DNA from: Octopus sinensis | Taxonomy: Eukaryota | DNA: 64,000 nt | Assembly: GCF_006345805.1 (NCBI RefSeq) | Contig: NW_021830450.1 | Location: forward strand, 1 to 64,000 | Direction of reading: 5' to 3' | Shown here: positions 54,178 to 64,000 of the stretch, one piece after another | Layout: each line of letters begins with the position of its first letter | Position numbering within the stretch: position 1 is the first letter of the stretch | Translations under genes and position numbers: made by a program | Notes under the pieces: model-generated | The model's database searches: none | Told to the model about the DNA's origin: nothing | Seen by the model: only the letters and a program-made list of their open reading frames with translations

Positions 54178-54734
54178 AAATGCCCTGATGCAGTACCAGG
54201 CAGTGGCTCTCATGGCTTCTGATCTTAACTGATTGGAAGTGTTATCATGTACATTGTTTTGTCTTGGTATAAAAGATGGGCTACAGCAAATATTCTGCTC
54301 AATACCACAGATTTGCTTGTCAGTTGTTTGACCTTAACCAGTTGAGCATGTCCCTTAGTGGCTGACGATATGTGCATCTCTGATCACGAGCAGAAGTAGT
54401 GGGGGAGCATCATAGCCATGTGTTGAGAGGGATTCTTGGGGGTTTGAATAGTTCACCTCTGGAAACATGGGGGTTCTTTCAACATCCTTAAACAACCCTT
54501 ATTCAGGGACCTTTTGAGCGGGATGGGCTACTCAACCTGAAGAAAATTCTAACTGGGCCCCACCTGCAAGGTCATGTGCTGTTTATCTTGATATGAGATC
54601 ACCATGTCGCGCACATATGGTTGTGATGCATGTGCCTGGTGTACCTTTATCAGACGGGTAGTCATGATGGGTATATTGGGCTTCGTATATTTTACCCCAG
54701 TGTCACTTTGATGACATGCACTGCTCTCTCACTC
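54178..54734 (+). mobile_element. Element D, longest copy (about 555 bp)
   Basis: Matches the 14.3, 14.8 and 35.5 kb copies; (AAT)n on both sides. Confidence 0.85.
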
Positions 54735-54767
<33 letters not shown>

Positions 54768-55229
54768 AAGATGAAGAAGATAAAAGAAGAAAATGTATTC
54801 ATCATTATCGTCATCATCATCACAATAATCACATACATATATAGCGTGAGAGAGAGAGGGGGGAAGGAGTGAGAAAGAGAGAGGGGGAGGGGGAGTGAGA
54901 AAGAGAGAGAAGGAGATAGTGAGAGGTGATGAAGTGTGTAACTAAGCAAAAATATGTTAGTGTGATCGCATATTGGGGAATCAAATCTAAATTTTACCCC
55001 CGAGTACCTAAGTCACTATTCCTGAGAGCCCCCACCCCCCCGCAAATCAATCAAAACACATTGTACAGAATATGTTTGTCTTTACTTTCAACGAGGTCAT
55101 AGGCATAAACTGTTGTCTTTATTTAACATGGGATGCAAATATTCAGCTGAAATCTGTAATATTATAGGTCCATGCATATTTCACATACAGTGGCCGGAAT
55201 TCAAAATTGTTTTGGAGAACTGCTTAGTT

Positions 55230-55421
55230 ATAGGCTATAAACACCAGTTGTCAAGCAGTGTGGCGGTGTAAAAACAGAGATACAAAGACACACACATATA
55301 AATACATATATAGGTCTCGCTCACTCTCTCTTTTCATCTCTCTCTCTATCTATCTATCTATCTCTATCTATCTATCTATCTATCTATCTCTATCTATCTA
55401 TATCTTCTATCTATCTATCTA

Positions 55422-55519
<98 letters not shown>

Positions 55520-55710
55520 TATATACACATATATATAATATCTACCTATCTACACACACACACATACACACACAAACACACATATATATACATGCACGAG
55601 TTTATTTCCGTTTCCGAGTACCAAATTCACTCCAGATGCCACGCAATGGGACTGAACCTGGAACCCTGTAATTTGGAAGTTAAGTTCTACAGCACAGCCA
55701 CGCCTGCACC
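55230..55710 (-). mobile_element. SINE family A with expanded internal microsatellite
   Basis: aacaccagttgtcaagcagtg...(CTAT)n(TA)n...gccacgcaatgggactgaacctggaacc...cacagccacgcctgcacc. Confidence 0.7.
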
Positions 55711-57015
55711 TAATACTAACTGTATACTTAAGATATAACTAAATTGCTTTTGTAATGAAAGAAAAATGAATGCGTAGCCATCAAATGGTTGAGGCGCATA
55801 AACAGCTGTGAACAATCGTTTGTTATGAATTCGTAATCCTTTGCATATTCGTGTGTTTTGGAAGAATCCATCTTGGTCCTTAGGACAGCGCGACGCCATT
55901 GTTGATCCGGTTTCCGTGAAGTACACACATGACTGAGATCAGAACATAAACTGGATGCCGGTCCGTTCTAGGGTTCAAATCCTCAACTAGTACTCTTTTT
56001 AGCGACCCCGAAGCGATGAAAGGCAAAATTAACCTCGGCAGGTTTAGAATTTAGAACATAAAGAGTCCGAAGAAATTTTGCCAAGCATTTTGTCCGATGT
56101 GATAACGATTCTGCCAGTTTTCTGCCTTGTATCGATCTGTATAAATTAAGAAATCGATTACGTAACGGAATAGGTTTAGTTTATTGAAGCGAGGAAGCAA
56201 TTCTAGAAATTAAAATCCACAATTTTGAAAATTCGAATAGTCTTTAATTAAAAGCAACAGAAAGAAAAGTTAGGGAAAGCTGGTGTTTTAAATATTCCAA
56301 ATGTGGAATTCGTTTTATTCCACTCTTTACTCCTCTTCCACACTTTCTGGATATAACTGTCTCTTGTTCCTTAAAACCAACTGGTCATGTGTACGTGTGT
56401 TAAAACACATTGGATTAAGTAGTAAAAGAAAATGCTTACAGCCAATTGTATTCGGTTCTGGAATTTACTGCGCTCCGTAAATGACGTCAGCATATGCTTG
56501 GTTCTTATCAGATTGGATTACAAGCGTCGAATAAATTAGCAATTAAGTCAGAAAAGACCGAGAATAAATCCTTCTTATGTGTGTGTTTGTGTAAACATTA
56601 CTTCACTGTGGCTTAAGTAAGGATATAGGCACATTTTTGTGCAGAGAAAAAAGAGACAAAAGGAAATGAGTTTCTTAATGGACTGTTTCAGGGTTTGTGA
56701 GTGCTCCTCAGAGACGACGTACTCTCCAGTCATTAACATAGATTAGCTGCCATATATATGCACCGGTGTGAATAACCCAATGTATATATTTGTGCTTTTG
56801 ATGGCTCGTTATTGGTTAAATATTATCTAGATTAGAGACTCCCCCATTTTCTAGTGCGCAATAACGTGTACAAAATCCTTTTACACTCTTATTTGACACA
56901 GTGTAAGGCGTTGTATTGTGTAAATGTAATCAAAAAGTCATACTGTACTGCGCTGACAATGTAACATACGTGCTGTTGGCGATTTCTTTCCTTTCTTTGG
57001 ACTATTCCCTATCTT

Positions 57016-57050
57016 CTTTCCGACGAAGTGCTATGCTCGAAACATCAAAC
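57016..57050 (+). ncRNA. Decayed hammerhead-like motif, 41-kb family (core CCGACGA)
   Basis: cttt-CCGACGA-A-GTGC-tat-GCTC-GAAAC-ATC-aaac, with the upstream gttggcgattt block shared with the 41-kb arms. Confidence 0.6.
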
Positions 57051-57641
57051 TCTCTCCTTTCAACGCGTGTCAAGCTAACGTACTCTTGTCTGTTAATTTT
57101 ATTATTCGGTTTTTTAATTGATTGTTTATTTGAATTGACTGTATATTTATATGTGTGTGCGTGTGTGTGTGTGTGTGTGAGTGAATGTGTGTGTGTGTGT
57201 GTGTGTGTGAATGTGTGTGTGTGTGTGTGTGTGAATGTGTGTGTGTGTGTATAATTTTTAAACAAAACAGTAAACATTAAAGCAAGGTAAACATCTCAAA
57301 TCGTATACAATTATATATCTGCTGTATCTGAAACCTGCAATGGGTCCATAAAACCGTCCCGGCGATAACCTTGGAACCCCAGTAATCAGTTGCAGCACTT
57401 AGCGTACCTAATAGTTTATATCTCTTACAAAGGGGTCTAATGCTCTTAGCTTAGACTTTTTGGGCGGCAACCAGATCGAACCATCTCAAGTGTAACTGTC
57501 CGAAATGGTCGTGACTTCTGGGACTTGACTGATGAAAGAAAGCCAAGAATGACCCGTCTTTTTTGCCGGTCCATCTAATTGTTGTTCTTCTTGTCCGCCG
57601 ATCTGCTCGAACGTTTTAATGCCCTCTATTGCGTTTTTGTT

Positions 57642-57706
<65 letters not shown>

Positions 57707-57709
57707 GGA

Positions 57710-57742
<33 letters not shown>

Positions 57743-57785
57743 AATATATAGATATTATAATATATATATATATATATATAGATAT

Positions 57786-57858
<73 letters not shown>

Positions 57859-57859
57859 G

Positions 57860-58126
57860 ATATATATAGATAGATAGATTATTAGATAGACATATATATA
57901 TATACACATATGTATATATAGACATACATATATATATATATTGGAAGGTTTGGAGATGATGTACAGGTATTTTATATTAGAAGAAATGAGGTACTCAGAA
58001 AATCGGATGGTTCATATTTACAGATATTTATTTGTATATTACATTTTTTATATTTCATATAACTTAGATCATGTATTAGCGCTTTCTCCCATTCTAGTGG
58101 GGGTTTTCAAATCAAATGTGTGTATG

Positions 58127-58175
<49 letters not shown>

Positions 58176-58196
58176 TTATATATATATATATATAGT

Positions 58197-58250
<54 letters not shown>

Positions 58251-58530
58251 GATAGATAGATATATATATATATAGTAGATAGATTATTAGATAGACATAT
58301 ATATATATACACATATGTATATATAGACATACATATATATATATATTGGAAGGTTTGGAGATGATGTACAGGTATTTTATATTAGAAAAATGAGGTACTC
58401 AGAAAATCGGATGGTTCATATTTACAGATATTTATTTGTATATTACATTTTTTATATTTCATATAACTTAGATCATGTATTAGCGCTTTCTCCCATTCTA
58501 GTGGGGGTTTTCAAATCAAATGTGTGTATG

Positions 58531-58580
<50 letters not shown>
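57860..58580. repeat. Tandem duplication of about 405 bp
   Basis: ttggaaggtttggagatgat at 57941 and 58346; unique parts near-identical. Confidence 0.92.
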
Positions 58581-58621
<41 letters not shown>

Positions 58622-59303
58622 GAGAGAGAGAAAGAGAGAAAGAGAGAGAGAGAGAGAGAGAGCCAATTCAAGAATATCATATCCTCATTAGGCATTAATA
58701 AATCCAAAGTTTCACTGGTTTAATCTCCATCAGATTAGAAGAAAATCTCCACAATGTTTTATGGATTATTATAAGAGGTAAAATTAATAATGTGAGAAAA
58801 TGTCGAGTTGAGGATGTAGAGTTAATTTATTTGTATCACTGTCTGTTATTAAAATCTAAATACACATAAATATTTAAAAAACACAACAGAAGACTCAAAA
58901 GCTACATGTGTGCCGATTCTGGAGCTTTGGTAATGCATAATTCAAAGCATTTCGGTTAAATCCAATGTTATGAGGTTGTTCTCAATTTTAGCTGTATGGA
59001 GCAGGGTGTTTTGTTTTAATAAAACGAAGGTTACATATTTCTTGAAGGGATTCAAATCGACAACTAAAGAAGTTTAAAATGTTATTTCCTAAATGTTGCG
59101 TGTATTTGTAAGTAAAATAAAGATAAAATAAAAGAAAGATAAAATAAAATAAACATATATTTAAAAATATATGAATAATAAGATAAAAATAATATTACAT
59201 CTGTAAGGGAAATTAATTTTGTAATAAAATAGATAAAAGTCCAGGCTACATATGTTTTTTTTTCCTTCTACCGATGCGCGAGGCTTACCAACTTCCTACA
59301 TCT

Positions 59304-59346
<43 letters not shown>

Positions 59347-59429
59347 TATATATATTATATATATAATATATATATTTATATATTGGGCCTGTTTGTGTGT
59401 GCGCGCGTGCGAGTGTATAATTTATTTGT

Positions 59430-59785
59430 TACAGTTATTGAACTGCGGCCATACTGGGGCACAGCCCTGAAAGCATTTAATCGAACGAATCTACCGCAGT
59501 GCATAATTTTAAGCCTGGTACGTATTCTATCGATTCCGTTTGCCGAACCGCTTAGGTGTTGTCAAGCAGTGGCGAGAATAAGCACAAACAGAAAGACACA
59601 CACACACACACACACGTACACTTATACGACAGGCTTCTTTCAGTTTCCCTCTACCAAATCTACTCACAAGGCTGAGGCCGACCCGGGGCTATATTAAAGA
59701 CACTTGCCCAAGGTGCCACACAGTGGAACTGAACCTGAGACCATGTGACTATGAAAACAACTTCCTTAATACACAGCTAAGCCCG
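59430..59785 (-). mobile_element. tRNA-derived SINE, family A
   Basis: actgcggccatactggggcac...gacacttgcccaaggtgccacacagtggaactgaacc. Confidence 0.8.
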
Positions 59786-61426
59786 CATACAAAATATCCA
59801 GTAGAGTTCTGCAATGAACATCTTACCGTAGTCTTTCCATTTATCAAGGTTTACTTTAAGTTAAAGGAAGTTTTGCCGCATTTCTCTTTAATCTTTGGAA
59901 AATTTGACCCTACCGAAGCAGAACATAGTGTTTAAGGTTAAAGTTTGAAGTTTATTATCAGAATGAGAAATAGGAATGGGGTTAAATGGAAATGAATGAG
60001 TTGAAACAGTGAGTTTTCGAATATACTGCTCCGGTTTTCCAGAATATCATAATCTCTGTTGTATAAAAATGCAAAGAAATTCTTCTTTAAAAAAAAAAGC
60101 CCTTAATATTAAATGTGAGTCGTTTATTGCACAACTCTGTACATGCTTTTTTAAATTAGTAGTAAAACTCTTACTTTCGGCTATTTATAATGCGACCCAC
60201 AACTTTTTGAAAAGTATGTGTTAATTTTTATATAATTGATCTGGTAACCCTGAAGTGGTTACTGAGATTTTCTTAGCATACCTGAGCTGCATTTCTTTAT
60301 TTTCCTTCATCTCTGCCATCATATCGTTTTTTTTTTTCTTTTCGTTATATATGGAAAACTTAGTAGATTCATGTGGTATTTATTTTAGATATTAATATAT
60401 CTGAGCAAGGCTGTGTACTGTAGATATACCATTGTATACTCTAGTACACACACACACACACACATAGACACACGCATATATATATACATATATAGTTACA
60501 CATACATATAGCGAAAGAGTTGAAATATATCCTACACAGAAAATGATACAAGAAAGTAAGATGAATATAAAAAAAATTTGATACATACAATAAATAAATA
60601 ACTACAAAATAATCGAACTAGAGTAACTGTCAAATGCTCTCACACCTACATACAGACAGACAAATCGATGGTGATTCCAGCAATTTATACACACATGCAT
60701 CTTTACAAATGCATATATATATATATATACAAATATATATATATTTATATATATACACACATATGTGTCTATATATACATATATGTATATATAAAGATGC
60801 ACACACACACATATGTAAATATACAAATACATATACACACACATATATATGTATACACACACACACACACATATATATATATACAAGCGTATAAATATTC
60901 GACCATACGCGCTTAGTTCGAAGCACACACATATACACCTGTACACACCTACTCACACACACACATACACACATACATATATATATACATATATACATAT
61001 AAATTGCTATAGGAAAGAGAGGTGATAAGGAAACCTTTTGAATGAGGCTTCAGGATTTTATGCTGGTTATTTTGACGAAATTCTCCATTTCCGACAAATC
61101 TGTCTGGCTTCCACAAACTGCACACAGACAGGACAGAGAGAACTGCGTGGGATATTGCGCAAGCACATATACGCATGCGTACATATACACGAACACAATG
61201 AGAGAAGCACGCACGCATAAGTGCATTTGCTTGTGTGTATGTGTGTGCGTGCGTGCGTGCGTGTGCGTGAGCGTGTGTCTGAGTGTGTGTATGTGTGTGC
61301 ATGTGTCTCCATTCATATGCTTATGCATGCAGCTTTGAAATACTATTCATAAATATACACAGATACACATGTATGTACGTACGTACATCATATATATTGT
61401 TGTGTCAAGGGAGAGTCATTATGCCA

Positions 61427-61500
<74 letters not shown>

Positions 61501-61606
61501 ATGTATGTATGTATGTATGTATGTATGTAGTATGTATACACATGCACACACACACATACGTAAAAGAAAGTAAAGTTGAGGGTTACCTCACGAGTAAAAA
61601 TATAAA

Positions 61607-61666
61607 GAAAAGAACGTGAAGATGCAGGAGTCTTTTAAAAGACTCCTGCATTTTCACTTTCTTTTC
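61607..61666. repeat. Spacer-less 60-bp palindrome centred on TTTTAAAA
   Basis: gaaaagaacgtgaagatgcaggagtctttt|aaaagactcctgcattttcactttcttttc, 2 mismatches. Confidence 0.9.
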
Positions 61667-61669
61667 CTT

Positions 61670-61846
61670 GTGTGGCTTAGTGGTTAGGGTGTTGGACTCG
61701 TGATCGCATGATTATGGTTTCGATTCCTGAATCGGGCGATGCGTTGTGTTCTTGGCAAAAAATGAGTAAACCTGCGACGGACCGGCGTCCCGTCCCGGCG
61801 GGGAGTATATACGTCACTGAATCCGGGAAACCAGCCCTTATGAGCC

Positions 61847-61847
<1 letters not shown>
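61670..61847 (+). mobile_element. tRNA-derived SINE with V-SINE-like block, internally deleted
   Basis: TGGCTTAGTGG...GGTTTCGATTCCT; aaatgagtaaacctgcgacggaccggcgtcccgtcc; (TA)n tail. Confidence 0.75.
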
Positions 61848-61887
<40 letters not shown>

Positions 61888-62046
61888 TACTTAGATGTAT
61901 ATATGTATAAACGCGCACCTATAACACACAGTCACATACATTCGCATGCACATATTATAACATACTTATATAAATATATATACATATTATACACATATTT
62001 ATATACATACATATATAATATGAATAATATATATCTAATATAAATA

Positions 62047-62100
<54 letters not shown>

Positions 62101-62362
62101 ATATTATATATATATATATATATTAATATATATATATATATATATGTGCATATATACATACGTATATGTACATACTTGCATATGTGGGCATAGGACATCA
62201 CGAAACGTGTACAACAAAAAATACGAACACGAGTACATGGAACATGAACTATTCTTTCGGAAAAATGAAAGACAGAAATTGAAAACGAAACAAACAACAC
62301 AAAGAAAGACCTTTCATCAGTTATTGGCTGTTTTTCTAGTCTCGTAACACACACAACACACA

Positions 62363-62401
<39 letters not shown>

Positions 62402-63798
62402 CATACAGACACACACAAATATATATACATATTTGCATATGTATATATGGGCATGTATCTCTCTCTGTCCCTATATATATATATACATTTGCACATATAT
62501 AAACATGCGTTTTCTGCTTATAGTCACTTCGTTGAGCACATGCGAGACAACTGGGGCGTGGTGGTGTAGATCTGCTTGAATGTGTATGTGTGTGTGTGTG
62601 TGTGTGTGTGTAAGTGAGTGAGTGTGTATGTGTGTGTCTGTGCATACTTCATACTATTTGAAAGTGTAAGAAGGAAGTATTTTCGCTCCAGTATATAACT
62701 GGTACCGAATTTTATTGACTTTCCCGTCATTTTGTCAACCAGAGATATTTGATAGCCGAAGCTGAGCTGAGCGGAGCTAAATTCAAATCTCGCTGAGATC
62801 AGAGTTTTTTGGTTTTTTTTTTCATTTTGAAGACTCGACAAAATAAAGTACCGGTCCACTTCTGGGATTGTAACAGGCCCCTATTACCCATACTTCAAAA
62901 TTTAAGCCTTGTGTCTAAATAAGAAGTCAATTTTAGTAGCACCTTCGAGGGGTTCAATGTAAAACACGGGGCAATCGCGGATCAGTGTTCCAGTCCATTG
63001 TGTTTAATACAAAGACACACACACACATGTGCATGTGTGTGTACCGTTTACGTTAAATTGAACGAATGGTTGACCAAAATTCGCCATTTCAGAGTTCACC
63101 ACCACGATATTCGTCTTGTATTCGTTCCGCTTAACAAATATCCCAAACTATTCAATTTAATCATATGTGAGTGTGTGTGTGAGCGAGAGAGAGAGAGAGA
63201 AAGAGCGATAGAGAGAGAGAAAAAGAGAGAGAGAATTTATGTATGGCCGCAGAGTTTGAAATTTTGTTTGGTGCCTTGTTGCACACTTCGCCTTACAGGG
63301 TTGTCGAACATATAGGCCTGACATATGTTCGTCATTGCATATGTAGCAAACATTTACATCTGCTTTCTGCCATCAGCATTTAAAAAAAAAGTGTGGTTGA
63401 CCCTACAGAAGCCGTCATCACTGAAAACATCTCATTTATGTGAACTAGCCTAACGGCTAATTGCTGTTAGACGCTCAGACGTAGAAGCCGATGGTAGAAT
63501 CCACTATACATACATACATATGTGTGTGTGTGAGTGTGTGTGTGTCATTATAATCAAGGGTAAAATCTCTATAGGGTTTTATCAAGTAGCTAGCATGTAA
63601 AAAAACGTTTAGGTAAAACAATAATACACAGTATTTAATTTTATCAATATAATTATAAAATTATAAGAAGAGCAACTACTGAGTAATGCCACATGCTAGA
63701 AATAGATGTCAAATGGCTCTGAGACTACCTCATTTATCACATAGACACAGGCTAATATATATATATATATATATATTATTATATATATATATATAAAG

Positions 63799-63836
63799 CT
63801 GTTACTCGGAGTTTCACGTTCCCGTTCGTCGGACAG
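63799..63836 (-). ncRNA. Minimal hammerhead-like motif (core CCGACGA)
   Basis: Minus strand: ctgt-CCGACGA-ACG-ggaa-CGT-GAAAC-tccga-GTA-acag; all three stems pair; (TA)n lies immediately 3' on that strand. Confidence 0.65.
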
Positions 63837-64000
63837 TTTCACATCGGTGAATGGAATTGTTGAGGCGTTGAAACAACGAGCAAATTGTCCGACTGTTCTA
63901 CGGATTTGTTAGTCTTAAAATAGCCAACTTGATACGGAGTGTGATCGTAGTAGAAGACTAATGATTGCGGAATGAAATTAATGTCTGAACGGTCAAATAA

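Overview
AT-rich, microsatellite-saturated eukaryotic non-coding DNA; repeat content and style point to a coleoid cephalopod (Octopus-like), which is an inference. No convincing host gene: almost all supplied ORFs are translations of (TA)n, (CA)n, (AAT)n or (GAT)n. The only candidate is a weak minus-strand frame running off position 1. Recognisable content is transposon debris: R4/Dong-type non-LTR retrotransposon fragments clustered in (AAT)n arrays, a mariner with intact TIRs and TA duplication nested in one of them, tRNA-derived SINEs, and Tx1/L1-, CR1/L2- and RTE-like remnants plus a Penelope-like (PLE) RT/GIY-YIG remnant. The most notable signal is about 19 minimal type I hammerhead-ribozyme-like motifs found by eye, from several pLTR-like families. 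Many carry recurrent non-canonical cores (U3:A8, C4, U6), and some sit in a 207-bp near-perfect palindrome or in a 3 x 608-bp tandem array carrying sense and antisense copies. Ribozyme activity is untested, and most element boundaries are approximate.
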